Counted from the stretch's first letter, positions 13,400 to 31,765 are shown. The stretch: 64,000 nt of DNA from the human T2T-CHM13v2.0 reference genome, Homo sapiens (GCF_009914755.1 NC_060933.1); one strand, 5' to 3'. Notes: generated from the sequence alone by a model not told the origin. Numbers and translations are program-made.

Positions 13400-15400
13400 C
13401 TGAAGCTTCATCGGCCATTGCATTTCTGGGATCCCTTCACCCTCTGGGTTGTTTGCCCAGTGGGAAAGCTGCACATTCATCTCCAAGGTGTCTGAGTCCT
13501 GGGTCAGCGCTCTCATCAGGCTCTGGTCACTGTAGTGGCTTTGTCATGGTCACCACTGGGCAGGGAGGCACCTGTGGGTGCTCCCCTGAATCTCCTGAAT
13601 TTTAGACTCACTCCTCTCTGCTCATCCTAAGTAGCAGCCACTTCACCAGCTCACAATAATCAGGGTTAACTACCCACCAATATACACAATCAGGGTCAAT
13701 TACCTGCCAACATACATAATCGGGGTTAATAATTACCCACCAATATACACAATCAGGATCAATTACCCACCAATGTACACATTCAGGGTTAATTACTTAC
13801 CAATATGAATAATTAGGGTCAATAATTACCAACATATGCACAATCAGGGTCAATAATTACCCACTAAGATACATAATCAGGGTCAATTACCCACCAAGAT
13901 ACAGAATCAGGGTCAGTAATTACCCACCAAGATACAAAATCAGGGTCAATTACTCACCAAATATACATGATTAGGATCAATTATCCACCTATATATAATC
14001 AGGGTCAATAATTACCCACCAATATACATAATCAGGATCAATAATTATCCCCCACTATACATGTTCAGGGTCAATAATTACCCACCAATATACATAATCA
14101 GGATCAATAATTATCCCACACTATACATGTTCAGGGTCAATAATTACCCACCAATATACAAAATCAGTCAATTACTCACCAATCTACATAATCAAGGGCA
14201 ATAATTACCCACCAATATACATAATTAGGGTCAATAATTACCCACCAATATACATAATCAGGGTCAATTACCCACCAAGATACATAATCAGGGTCAATAA
14301 CCCACCAATATACATAATCAGGGTCAACAATTACCCACCAATAAACATAATCAGAGTCAATAATTACCCACCAATATACATAATCAGGGTCAATTACCCA
14401 CCAAGATACATATTTAGGGTCAATTACCCACCAAGATACATAATTAGGGTCAATTACCCACCGAGATACATAATCAGGTTCAATAATTACCTGACAATAT
14501 ACATAATTAGGGACAATAATTACCCACCAATATACATAATCAGGGTCAATTACTCACCAATAAACATAATCGGGGTTAATAACTACTCACCAATATACAT
14601 AATTAGGGTCAATTACCCACCAAGATACACAATCAGGGTCAATAATTACCCAATAATATATATAATTGAGGTCAATTTCCCACCAATGTACATGCTCAGG
14701 GTCAATAATTACCCACCAATATACATAATCAGGGTCAGTTTCCCATCAATATGCATAATTAGGCTCAATAATTACCCACCAAGATACATAATCAGGGAAA
14801 ATTACCCACCTATATACATAATCAGGGTCAATTACCCAACAATATACAGAATCAGGGTCAATAATTACCCACCAATATACAAAATCATGGTCAATTTCCC
14901 ACCAAGATACATAATCAGGGTCAATTTCCTACCAATATGCATGCTCAGGGTCAATAATTACCCACCAATATATATAATCAGGGTCAATTTCCCATCAATA
15001 TACATAATTAGGCTCAATAATGACCCACCAAGATACATAATCAGGGTCAATTACCCACCTATATACACAGTCAGGGTCAATTACCCACCGATGTACATAA
15101 TCAGGGTCAATTTCCCACCAGTATACATTATCGGAGTCAACCACTCACCAATATACATAACAGGGTCGATCATTACCTACCAATACACATAATCAGGGTC
15201 AACTACCCACCAATATACATAATCAGTATAAAATACCCACTAGTATACAGTAACTCCGTTCTTTACCCGCTCATCTGCAGGCATGAGGATCCCAGTGTGG
15301 CCTGGTGGAGCCAACACAGCAGGTTTTCTGGAGCATTCACTGTGCTTCCTGGTAGCAGAGCTTTCCCTCTTGGTAACCTAAAGCTCTAATCTCACATAAG
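13400..15400 (-). mobile_element. ERVL-type internal sequence, dUTPase region, interrupted by a VNTR
   Basis: Minus-strand translation gives PPGHTGILMPADERVKNGVTV (about 15318-15246) and VNPDYCELVKWLLLRMSREE*V*NSGD...PCPVV..LQ*P (13670-13520). These are collinear with HERV-L dUTPase as recalled (PPGHFGLLMP..KKGVTVLAGVIDPDYQGEIGLLL..EEYVWNTGD..PCPV). Confidence 0.8.
13655..15245. repeat. AT-rich VNTR, 30/33-bp units, ~50 copies
   Basis: Unit ATAATCAGGGTCAAT(AAT)TACCCACCAATATAC read directly. Confidence 0.97.
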
Positions 15401-16196
15401 CTAAGGCTGCAGGGGTGGCAGCTTTATATGGTTATAGCTTTAAATGGTTATAGCTTTAAATGGTTCTAGTAGGAAAAATAAATGCTTAAGTCAATGGCCC
15501 AAGCCTCCACCTTAAGAAGAAATGATCAAATTGTGCCTAAAGAAAGTAGAAGAAAGGAAATAATAAAGAGAAGAAATTGACAATGGGGAAGCAGATGGGG
15601 TGGGTGAGTGTGCACCCCCACATTCTGATTCCTTGGCCATTGGGGTTCTATGCCAGCTATGGGTTTGTTGCCCCTCAGTTTCAAATTTGCTCTTAATTAT
15701 CCTGCGTGTGACTGGAGCTAAACCCTGTCGACGTTTCTCCTTCGTAACTGGTGCACTGTTGGGCCTTGTTAACAGAGGGCACGGGGGTCGCTGGAGGAAG
15801 GGGCTTCCCTTTGGATTCAGGGGTCTTCTTCATTCTCTGTCCTGAGGGGCTTGGCTGGCAAGCTGGATGCCAGGTGGAGCTCAGCCCCAGTGAAGTCAGC
15901 AGTAGCCCCGTGGGTGGCTTTTGGTGAGTTCTTGGATACCCAAAGTCAGCAAACTTCTGTGCCATCCCCGGGGCCGCAGACACACCCTCTCCAGGGAGGC
16001 CTGAGCGCCTTCCAAGTTGTTCCTACCCCGGTGCGCAGCCTCGGCCCTGGGGTAGAGCTGGCTCCCATTTCTGTTATTTCTGTGGTTTTAGAGTCCTCTT
16101 TCCCCATTGGTAACCCCTCTCCTGTTACCAGTTGGGGATTCTTTACAGGAATTTGCTCTTCAAATGACTGCGTGACCTGTCTCTGACACCCTTTCT

Positions 16197-16757
16197 GTGT
16201 GAACCACGGCCTTTACTTTCTGAATTTGGACACTTTGACATCTGGAGCCTTGCTAACCCTGGAGGAAGTGCTTCTCCTGGAGTTGGCTAATTTCTAGAAA
16301 TAGCAGATGACTTGCCTGTAAGTGTGCCTTCCATATGCAAACCGGTAACCAGTCAAGAGCCCACACCCTCCCCAGGGCAGGTACCATCTGTAAGTGTGCT
16401 TCCATATGCAAACCAACCAGTCCAGAGCCCACACCCTCCCCAGGGCAGGGACCAGACAGCTAGGGACAGCCAGCCCCCACACCCCAGGGCCCGGGACATT
16501 ATTGAAACCAGCCCGCCCTGAGCCTGTTTACCCTGCTTCCTCTGTTCCTTCCCGTGGGAAACGTGGGAACCGCAGTGCAGGCTCCGCCCGCACTCTCCTC
16601 CTGCTCCCAGTGCCTCCAGACAGGCTCTGGTGCTTCTGTGAGGCCCCGCCCCTCCTGTTTCTAGGGGCCTAAGTGTAATAAGCCTCCGTCCCACAGTCAT
16701 TCCTATGGCTGTGTCTCCCCCACCAGCCTAAAGCAAACCCTGGGAACCCTTCAAACA
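16197..16757 (+). mobile_element. LTR remnant (ERVL class, MER54-like; subfamily tentative) with a ~70-bp internal tandem duplication
   Basis: Starts TGTGAACC; duplicated CTGTAAGTGTGC..CATATGCAAACC..GAGCCCACACCCTCCCCAGGGCAGG at 16316 and 16388; AATAAG near the 3' end. Confidence 0.55.
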
Positions 16758-17053
16758 CCTGCAGTGCAGAGTCCTTTCTCCATGTTATGTGGGGCCGCTC
16801 TGGTGTCCCAGCCCCTGTGAATGAGGTCACGACGCCAGCTCAGCCAGTCCTGGAAGCCATCGTGAGAGCTGCTCTACCGCTCAAGCCAATGTGTTAAATA
16901 CGGCATTTTGGATACATCATCACCAGTGAGCCAAGCTGGACGCTAGTTAAAGCGGTGAGGACAGGTTTTATTCAGCAGCTTCTCAGAGCCAGGGACAGAC
17001 TGGTTCCATGCCACTTTGTGCAGGGGAGAAGGGGTGTTGTGAAGGGAGAGTAG

Positions 17054-17633
<580 letters not shown>

Positions 17634-17899
17634 TAAGCCCTTTTTAGCAAAAGCTCTAAGAAGGGGCAGCTGGGTGCTGGCCAGGACACACAGCAAATTC
17701 ACCTGCAGTGCCGAGCTCTCAGGCAAGCATTTAGGGGGCTGGGGCCACCCCAGGGATGCGCCTCCTGCTGTTGGATGCCATGAGAGCTTGGCGATCTCCT
17801 GTCTCCTGGTGCAGGGGCTTGGGTGGAGCCGATCCATGCTGAGAGCTCTGCCGTGCTCAGTACATACGCACTGACACACTCAGCTTGGGTCCACATCGG

Positions 17900-18600
17900 A
17901 GCGCGGTTCTCCTGGTGTAAAGCCCCTAGAATCCATCCCGACACAACTGCCTCGGGGTAAGATGTCTGAGAAAGGGAAGTCTCATCTCCTCACGCAAAGG
18001 AGGAGGGGATGATTCTGCCCAGGCAGGTTCAGGGGGATTGGGGAGGGGAGGAGGGGGTGATTCTGCCCCGGCAGGTTCAGGGGGATTGGGGAGGGGATCA
18101 AGATTCTCACTTCCATCTGAGATCACATAAATGTCCCAGTTCTGTGTGTCATGGTCCCACTCCTTAAGCAGTGACCCAACTTTCACATAAAACACTTGGC
18201 GACTTTTGAATCCAACTCACCATGCAACCCACACTATTAAATGTGGAGTCTGATTTTCAGCCATTTCTGCTCTGTGGCTGCAAGAATGAAATATTATTCT
18301 ATGGTCAGGATGGAATGTCTCCAGTGTCTTGCCTGTTACTCAAGCTCAGACCTTGGCATTTCCTTTCTGAAAGCCCCAGATCAGTCAGGCAGCCCCCGCT
18401 CCCTTCTCCTTGCAGTCATGATTACCACGTTTGTGGCCAAGCACAGCAGCCAGTTGGCTTCCCAAAGCCTTGGTTCCAGTGGGTGCCACGTCCCAATGAG
18501 CAACCACAGCAAACAATTTAGGGAATTGTGGTGTCACTTCATGCCGTGCCCATGAGTATCCCATTTTCCATCGACGAGATGCCCTCCCTGCATCTGTGCA
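17900..18600 (-). mobile_element. ERVL gag-like remnant
   Basis: The minus ORF 17926-18195 (FYVKVGSLLKEWDHDTQNWDI) resembles ERVL gag (VKVRALIGKEWDP..W.GD.W) as recalled. Confidence 0.6.
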
Positions 18601-18939
18601 CACCCAAGAAATCTGCACACGCGCCTGTAGACATGAGAAAGCCCTGTGGTTGACAAGGGTGGGAAGAACGACTCCAAAGTTCCATTGAGTGAGGGGGAGA
18701 AGTCAAATAATTCCAAGTGCTTTCCCTCCTTGAGCTGCAGGAGAAAACCGTGAAGAAATGCATCCTCTGGTTGTGAGGCTGGGACTGGGAACAGATATTC
18801 ACGCTCCCCTTCAGCCGACGGTGCATGGGGTCTTAGAACGCTTTCATTTGTTGGTCAAAAAACCCACAACCACAACCGAGCATGCAGGTTTTGCTGAGAG
18901 AACTTCAGATGCTTCATTCCAGCTCTTCTTTTCAGTATG

Positions 18940-19401
18940 TTTCACGGGGCTAAAACGAAGGTTGGCAGGGCTGGTTCCTTCTGGAGGCTCTTGGGGAGGA
19001 ATCTGTCCCTGCCATTTCCAGCTTCCAGAGGCCTCCACATGCCTTGGCTTGTGGCCCCTCCTCCACCTTCAAAGCCAGCAGCACAGCCTCTTCTACTTCT
19101 GTTCATAAATATTCTCTCTCCCCACCCTTCTCTCTCTCCCTCCCTCGCTCCCCAGCCTCTCTCCTATAAGGGCCCCTGTGATAACAGTGGGCCCACCCAG
19201 ATAATCCAGGCTAATTGCTCATCTCAGATCCTTCCTGAATTATATCTGCAAAGTCCCTTTTACCATACACACATCCATAGGGCCAGGGATGAGGATGTGG
19301 ACATCTTTAGGGGACCATTATTCAGTCTACCACATACACACATCCACAGGGCCAGGGATGAGGATGTGGACATCTTCAGGGAACCATTATTCAGTCTGCC
19401 C
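18940..19401 (-). mobile_element. MLT1 (MaLR) LTR with a terminal ~70-bp duplication
   Basis: Typical antisense MLT1 motifs GGCAGGGCTGGTTCCTTCTGGAGGCTCT and GGGCCCACCCAGATAATCCAGG; ends TCTACCACA; 19261-19333 is repeated. Confidence 0.75.
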
Positions 19402-19559
19402 ATGGGGGGAATTGGCAATCAATAGGACTGCAAGGAAATGAACAGGGTGTCTCCGGGGAGTGATGTGTCGTAATGGAGCGCAGCTCAGGGAAGTGACAGG
19501 GAGAGTAGGGGCTGCATCTTCCATTGTGTAGCCTGGAGAGGCTTCTCTGGGGAGGTGGT

Positions 19560-21120
<1,561 letters not shown>

Positions 21121-21619
21121 CAGTTCTTGTCTCGGCATCTCAACTCATTCTTGCACCTGTGTTTGTGGGGTGTTGATTTTCTTCAGTTCCTTGGAATCCT
21201 TCTTTATTCAAATGTCATTTTCTCTGGCCCTGTGGAGTTCCACCCTCTGCCTGCGTGGACCGGTATTTAGCTATGGTCTCGAGGACCGCTCTGCACATTT
21301 CTGGAGCTCTTCCTCTGCAGAGAGCTCTCCTGTCTGCTTCCTTGTCTCCCACATTCTAGTCGTCTGCGATGTCCAGAGTCCAATCTGTGTCCCGTCCACA
21401 TCGTCTGACTCCTTGCTCTGTTGGGTTCCTCTCTCTGCGGTGGGTTGAAATTCCCTCCAGGCGTAAAGCTGCCATGATCCAGCTGAGCTCATTAGCTCCC
21501 ACTCTCAGGGATCACAGCCTGTGCTGTCTGTGTCCGGTGTCTAAACACAAGCGTTTCACACCTGGGGGCCAGTTTCCCTCTGTGGTGGGACAGTTAGGTC
21601 CATCCCCTGTTCTCCTGGA

Positions 21620-22170
21620 TGCCCAGGTAGAAATCAGTGCACCATCCTGGGTTATTGCCACGTCTTTTCTAACTGCTTTCTCTGCTTCTATATTCGGCCT
21701 CCAAATCTGTGCTCAATGCAGCAACTGGAGTGACCCCTTAAATACGTAAGTCACAGCTTGCCTTTGTCAGAGCTATACAGGGTCTTTCACTCAGAGCAGA
21801 AGCTGAAGTCCTCGTGGTGGTCCTTAATCCCTACATGGCCGTTCCACCCACTCCCCAGCCTCATGTGTGGCCGGTCTCCCTGGATCATTTGCTGTGGCTG
21901 CTCTGCCGTGTGTTCCCGGAAACTGCCAGCGTTCTCCCACCTCTGGGCTGGCACTGGATGCTCCTGCCACCTGGACTCCTCTTCCAGCTGACGAGCTCAT
22001 GGCTTGCTTCCTTCATGTCTTAAATTCGGTGTTTGAATGCCACCTTGGCGAGGCTGTTCCTCATCAATTCATGTAAAGGACAAATAACCCCTTGTCTGGC
22101 CACTCCTGTCCAACTTGTCCACTTTGCTTTTTCCATAGCACTGATCACCATTTAAAATAATGTATGAACC
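21620..22170. mobile_element. L2 remnant
   Basis: L2-like motifs (TAAGTCACAGC, CACTCAGAGCAGAAGCTGAAGTCCT, GAATGCCACCT, TTTTCCATAGCACTGATCACC). Confidence 0.55.
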
Positions 22171-23199
22171 AGTGACCCATCAGTGACCAGAGACAGTAGA
22201 TTGAACAGGTATTGCTTGCACAGTGAACAATCAGCTCTAGAGGTTTAAAGAGAACCACAAAGAATGGCTCAGGATTGCACGAGGGCAGTTAAGGAAGAAA
22301 TAAACAGGGGTGGGGATCCTTTCCACAAGTGTGGGTTCAGACCGCATGGGAGAAGGTGTGGTTCTCCCAAGGGAAGCTGGAGAAGTTTGCTGGGTTGTCC
22401 CAGCCACAGCTGGCCCACGGTCAGGGCAGAGGCCAGCAGGCAGGGAAATGTAGGCTGGGTCTGGCAAGCAGGAAGCCTCTCTTCCCCCGCAAGGCAGGTG
22501 GGCTGGGGCTGGGAAGCCTACAAGAGTCACTGGGAACCCACAGGTGCAGATGCCACTGAATCTCAATAGGAAGCCATCTGGGGGGGTCCCCTGAATTCAA
22601 TGTGGTGTGTGCCGCCAGACGTCCCCAACTTGTGCCACTGCCATTTATACAGGAAGAGAAAGAAAAAGGAAGAAATGGAAGCATCTGGAACCAGTCATCC
22701 TGGACCCATGCTAGGAGGTGCTTCCCCCTACGCCTCAACCAACAAAGCTTAGCATTGCACCAGGTGCACAAGAGAAGCGCCTGCTGGCTCCAGCTCCATT
22801 GCCTCGGAACCAGCCATGAAGGGTGCGTGTGGAGCTGGAGGCAAGACATTGATAGCTGGCACTGCAATTCACTTATTTATTTTGTTCATTTTAAGTCCCC
22901 TGCACCTAGAATATAAGCCCCCCAAGCACAGGACATTTGTTTTATTGATCGATGTATTCCTTGTGCCCCAAAGAATGAGAGGCATCTAGAAAGTCTGCAA
23001 AAATCAAACATAAAAATGAACCTTTATTCAGTCATTGTTATTTTGATGGATATTTGAGGCATTTCCAAGATTTGTAAGTAACAATTGAACCCTTCTGCTG
23101 GTTCATGTGTGGGAGTGTATCTGTTCAAATGATGCTTCTGAGTGGAGTTGCTGAGTCTTTGGCTCTAGGTTTTTTTTTTTTAAGCATTTATGCTCATTG

Positions 23200-26020
<2,821 letters not shown>

Positions 26021-26424
26021 TTTTAACAACCCAACAGGAACCACCATCAGAAGCCATCCAGAGAAACGCACCAGGCCACAAAGCACTGGGGGCCAGGGAT
26101 CTTGCCCCTGCTGTCTGCCATGGGTTGACCCCCAGCCTCCAACCCTACCATCCCCTGACGGTGTCTGCAGCAGTTGAACCCAACCAGCATCTAAAAGAAC
26201 ACAGTTGGTGAACGAGACTGGGACACAGGGCAAGATGGGTGGACAATGGGAGGCTCCTGGAGAGCACCCGTACCAGCGAGCATAGAATTCATGGGGGTGA
26301 CCTGTTCCCTGAAGCATCTGCGCGTGTTGTTCCAGCATTTTCTTCAAGGATTGAGCCAGCAGCACCAGTGTCATACGGTGCTTAAATCAATGATTCACAG
26401 CCAACCAATGAAATACAAGGTGCC

Positions 26425-26926
<502 letters not shown>

Positions 26927-28044
26927 TTATAGCCCCCAGGGTTTATTAGAGTGTGCATTAGTATTATTTAGCAAGCACTTGAGGGTGTCTGATCTTGGGC
27001 CAGAGAGGCACAAAGATTGTGTGGGCCCAGCACCTGCCTGCAGAGCGTGGGTCAGCCTTGGGTCCCAGGGCAGATGACGCAGGCCCGGGAACTACAGGGT
27101 CCAGGAGGGAGAAGGCAAAGTTCTGGCTCAGGTTGGCTGGGGATGAGGCCAGCGGAGCCAGGTGCCCAAGGGAGCTCAGCCACAAACTCTGAGCACAGGC
27201 TGGCAGGTGGCTCTTGATGCTCATGCCACCCATTTATCTAAAGGGATGAGATTCAAGGCCTGTCCCGGTGGCTGGGGGCCGTCGAAGCTGACGAGAGAGG
27301 GGATGTAGAGTGAATGTATATTCCACTCTACCACTTGTATTTAACAGGGAGATGGATGATGAACACGTGCAGGAAGAAACAGGCAGGACAATCCAGAGAG
27401 ATCACGTGTTCTGAGGACAGCACAGCCAGGCTCCGGTACGGAGTGAAGCGGGGTGGGGCAGGCGGCGGGGTCCCTCATATGGCCCGAGGAGGCCGTATAT
27501 ATACTGACCTTGAGCCACACAATAGTGCCCTTCTCTGCCCCTAGGAAGCTCGAGTGCAGGGTCCAGGTGGGGAAAATCAATGCAGAGTGGGTCCCAGAGT
27601 GGGCGGAAGCTTGGGCTCTAGGGCGTGCGGGACTCAGCTGGCAGCAGCCCCACATCTCTATGGTTCTAAAGCCCAGTCCATTTCTGCTCAGCAAGGAGAT
27701 GGCCAGTTCCCCAGAGGACTTGCCCAGGGTCCCAGCCGTGGCCCTGGGAGGGCTCAGGGGTGAGGGAGGGAGAATTCCGAGCCGTGGGCCCTCCCTCTGT
27801 GGCTCGGGGTGCAGACGTGCACTACCCTGCCCTGTCCTCTGGAGTCCTCCGGGCTCATCCAAGTGGGCGCATTTGGATGCAAACCCTGGACAGCATCGTG
27901 TGTCTTTTCTTCTCTGGCTGGCACTGAATTGCTGTTCACCAGATGCCAGCAATGAGGACACTCCCCCTCCCAGATGCAGGACTGGTTGCCACCATGGGGA
28001 GGGGTGCACCGTGCCACGTGCTCCCAGGACACTGGCCAGGGGGC

Positions 28045-28050
28045 TATAAA
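28045..28050 (+). promoter_or_regulatory. OBP2A: TATA box of OBP2A
   Basis: GCTATAAAG lies 85 nt upstream of the ATG at 28130. Confidence 0.85.
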
Positions 28051-28129
28051 GAACATCTCGAGAGGAGCCAGCACAGCCTTGTTCAGACGCCCAGTGACCT
28101 GCCGAGGTCGGCAGCACAGAGCTCTGGAG

Positions 28130-31121
28130 ATGAAGACCCTGTTCCTGGGTGTCACGCTCGGCCTGGCCGCTGCCCTGTCCTTCACCCTGGAGGAGGAGGA
28201 TGTGAGCTGGGTTGGCGTGGGCGGATGGAGGAGCCAGGCGGACTCCTGGGCAGGGGGCAGTGCCAGGGGCCCTGCTTTAGGAGGTGTCACTGAAGGCTGG
28301 CTTCTGACCCCGTGCTCCCAGCCTGGGGTGGTGGTGGAGGGGTCCTATTGTTCCTCCAGCAGACACGGCCCCCCGAGGCCCAGGGCCGGAGCAGGCTCGG
28401 CTCAGGGGTTCCTGCTGCACTGACGCCTGAAGCCCGAAGGTCTCGCAGGGTTGGGCCCTGTGGAGGGAGGGCTCACCTGGTGCTGGGGCCCGGGGGTCCA
28501 TGGGGTGCAGACATGCCCTCCTTCCACTGGGGGCTGGGAGCCCTGAGCAGGGGGCTGGCTCTAACTCACTCCAGCTGAGCTCTAACTAAGGTGCAGGAAC
28601 CCAGCCTGCCTTTAGGGGTGGCAGCCGGGCACCATGGGTGTCTGGTTATAGCTGCAGGCCTGAGTGCCAGGGTCAGAGTAGAATCTGGGCCACCCATGGT
28701 GGGCTCACGGCCTTGGCCTGCTCCAGATCACAGGGACCTGGTACGTGAAGGCCATGGTGGTCGATAAGGACTTTCCGGAGGACAGGAGGCCCAGGAAGGT
28801 GTCCCCAGTGAAGGTGACAGCCCTGGGCGGTGGGAACTTGGAAGCCACGTTCACCTTCATGTGAGTGTTGCCCACTGCAGGGCCCCTCAGGCCACTTTCG
28901 CTCCCCGCCCCAGACCCACCTGGTGCCCATTGCCCCATCCACATTTCGGGTGTTGGGAAGAGTCACCCCCTGCCTTGGAGGGAAACAGCCTGGGCATCCT
29001 GAAGCTCGGTGGGGTGGGGGGGGGTGGAATTTTCAGGTTGCCGGGTCAGGGCCATGCACCAGGTGAGCTGAGGATGGCCCATGGGTGTCCTGGGAGCCGC
29101 TGCCCGCGTGTCTCCTGTTTTCCAGGAGGGAGGATCGGTGCATCCAGAAGAAAATCCTGATGCGGAAGACGGAGGAGCCTGGCAAATTCAGCGCCTGTGA
29201 GCCCCTCCCCGACCCCCCACTCCCCATGCCCAACCCCGGATGCACCAGCCCCACTGCAGGTGGAGAGTGCCCAGGCCACACTTCTGCCAGGCTTCCCAGC
29301 CCTGCCCACCTCCAAGGAGGGGCTGGCCTCTCCTTCCTGGGGGGCTGGTGGCCCTGACATCAGACACCAGGTGTGACAGGCTTGTCCACAGTCGAGATGG
29401 ACCAGATCAAGCCTGCCCTCTGGGAGGCCCTAGCCATTGACACATTGAGGAATCCGAGTGTTAGGGACCAGGAGGCCGAAGGTTAGGGATGGGAAGCCAA
29501 GGCTGAGGGTTTGGGATCAGGAATCCGAGGGTTAGGGACAGGGAAGTCGGGCAGGAGCAGCTGCTGGAGCTGGGAAGGCCGGACTCTAGTCCTGGACGTG
29601 CTCTGGCCTTGTGGCTCCATTACTTGCATTGGGACCTTCCGAGAGGAGGCTCCTGCCTCCGTGTCCGGGTCCATGCTGTGCGGAGCAGCCAGGCCTGGCT
29701 CAGGCTGTCCAGGGCACCTGGGTGACCACTGAAACATTCCTGAGTGTTTCTTCGTGTGGTCCTGAGTGCTCTCTCCGGGAATGAGGGCACTGAAGACCCA
29801 TCTTCTCTGTCATCTACAGATGGGGGCAGGAAGCTCATATACCTGCAGGAGCTGCCCGGGACGGACGACTACGTCTTTTACTGCAAAGACCAGCGCCGTG
29901 GGGGCCTGTGCCACATGGGAAAGCTTGTGGGTGAGGGGCCCGCTGGGGCCTGCATGTCCTGCCCCATGGTCTCTGCCTCCAGAAGCCAGTGGAACCACCA
30001 TCATCATGCCCTGGCACGGGGGGAAAAGGAAGCCCCCTGCGCCGGCCTTCGTGTGCTAGGCACCAAGCGCTGCCCTGGATGGCTGGTCCAAGTTCCTGAA
30101 GTGGGAGTGGGGTGGGCCAGGCAGGGACAGACACGGCCCTCGGTGACATGAACCTGCCAAGGGCCGCTTCTGGGGTCTCAGGTGTAGGGGCCTCACCTTA
30201 AGGGGGAGGTAGCATCTTAACAGAGCTCTTCATGGGGCAGGGACTCTCCAGGGCGGCAGGGCAGCCAGTGCCTCTGGGACACAAGGTCCCTCCAGGTGAG
30301 GGTTGTGACCCTGCAGAGTGGCTTTGGGAGCTGCCCAGGTCCCCTGGGGTTGCTGAGTGGCTTGGAGAGTCCCTGCCACTGTCCCCCTTCCTGGGGACCT
30401 CTCACCTGGGCGGTGGCCATCTCCTCTGTCCCCAGTCCCACCCCTGAGCTCTGATCCACTCTCGGGCCTCCTCTCCCCCTTGCCTGGTGCTGGACAGTTG
30501 CCATCTCTTCTGTCCCCAGCCCCACCCCTGAGCTCTGATCCACTCTCGGGCCTCTCCCCCGTCCTGATGCTGGGCCGTGGTCGTCTCCTTTTAGCATCTG
30601 CTCCCTGCAGGGCCGTGCCGCTGTCCCCACCTTGGCTCACCTGGCCACCTCACCTGCAGCTAGGAATTCTAATACCAACCTGGAGGCCCTGGAAGAATTT
30701 AAGAAATTGGTGCAGCACAAGGGACTCTCCGAGGAGGACATTTTCACGCCCCTGCAGACGGGTGAGGACGGCTGTGCCCAGTACCCCGTGTTCCCCTGTG
30801 TCTCTGTGTGATCTCCAGTGTCCCATGACCCTCGTGTCCTCCCATGTCCCCCGTATTCCCCATGTGCCCCGAGTCTCCTCGCAGGGGCTCTGGGCCCTGC
30901 TTAGCATCCTCGTCGTTGGAGGGTCTGCACTCTGGGCTGTGATGGGGTCTGGGGCTCTGCGCTCTGGGCTGCGATGGGGTCTGGGGCTCCACGCTCTGGG
31001 CTGCGATGGGGTCTGGGGCTCTGAGCTCTGGGCTGTGATGGGGTCTGGGCCCTGGTCTAGGCGTCTTCTCATCCCTGGGTTTTTCTTGGTCTCTGCAGGA
31101 AGCTGCGTTCCCGAACACTAG
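28130..31121 (+). CDS. OBP2A: Odorant-binding protein 2A, 6 coding exons, 170 aa
   Basis: Exons 28130-28201, 28727-28860, 29126-29196, 29820-29930, 30660-30761, 31099-31121 (513 nt). Translation MKTLFLGVTLGLAAALSFTLEEEDITGTWYVKAM...LQTGSCVPEH*. Residues N61, F90, GTDDYV and QHKG, and the position between LCN1 and PAEP, indicate OBP2A rather than OBP2B. Confidence 0.95.
30930..31048. repeat. 32-bp tandem repeat, ~4 copies, OBP2A intron 5
   Basis: CTCTGGGCTG(T/C)GATGGGGTCTGGGGCTC at 30930, 30962, 30994 and 31026. Confidence 0.9.
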
Positions 31122-31629
31122 GGTGAGTGAGCCTTTGGGAGGACACTGGACAAGCCCAGAGTCTGGGTTCCCGGGGTTCGAGGGTACATCTGCTCTGGCC
31201 CCTCCCATCCCACACAGCCAGGGAGACCTCCTGCCCGGGTTCTGGCAGGAGATCAGCACCTCAGAGTCTGCCCACCCACAATTCCTGGGACATTTGGGAA
31301 GTCCTTTCTTTCACCTACTCCCACGCCCTGCCAGGCCAAGTGAGAATCCTCGGCCCTTTCCACAGCGAGGCCTCCCTCCGGCTCCCTCAGGTGTCAGCTC
31401 GGCCCATCGCCCCCTGCACCTGTCCCCACTCGGTCCACTCCCCCCCACCCACTCACCAAGGATGCTCAGAGGCCTGCCCAGTCATTGGAGGAGCTGAGGC
31501 TGCTCTGGAGTCCCGAGGCTGCCCAGCAGTGGCCGATGTGGAAGCTGCAGAGCCTGGGGAGGGAGCTCTGGGCCTGGCCTCTGCCCTACCCTGCAGCCTC
31601 CCTGACCTCTGCTCCTCTTCCCAGCACAG

Positions 31630-31765
31630 CAGCCCCCCGGGTCTGCACCTCCAGAGCCCACCCTACCACCAGACACAGAGCCCGGACCACCTGGACCTAC
31701 CCTCCAGCCATGACCCTTCCCTGCTCCCACCCACCTGACTCCAAATAAAGAGCTTCTCCCCCAGC
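31630..31765 (+). terminator. OBP2A: OBP2A non-coding last exon with AATAAA (31744-31749)
   Basis: Donor at 31123, acceptor CACAG ending at 31629, canonical poly(A) signal. Confidence 0.75.

Noticed and set aside
14686-15192. 168-aa ORF (YIIRVNYPP repeats)
   Set aside because: By-product of the 30/33-nt VNTR units; no gene structure.
28130-31121. Calling this gene OBP2B
   Set aside because: N-terminal and central diagnostic residues and the LCN1-PAEP context fit OBP2A; only some C-terminal residues are OBP2B-like.
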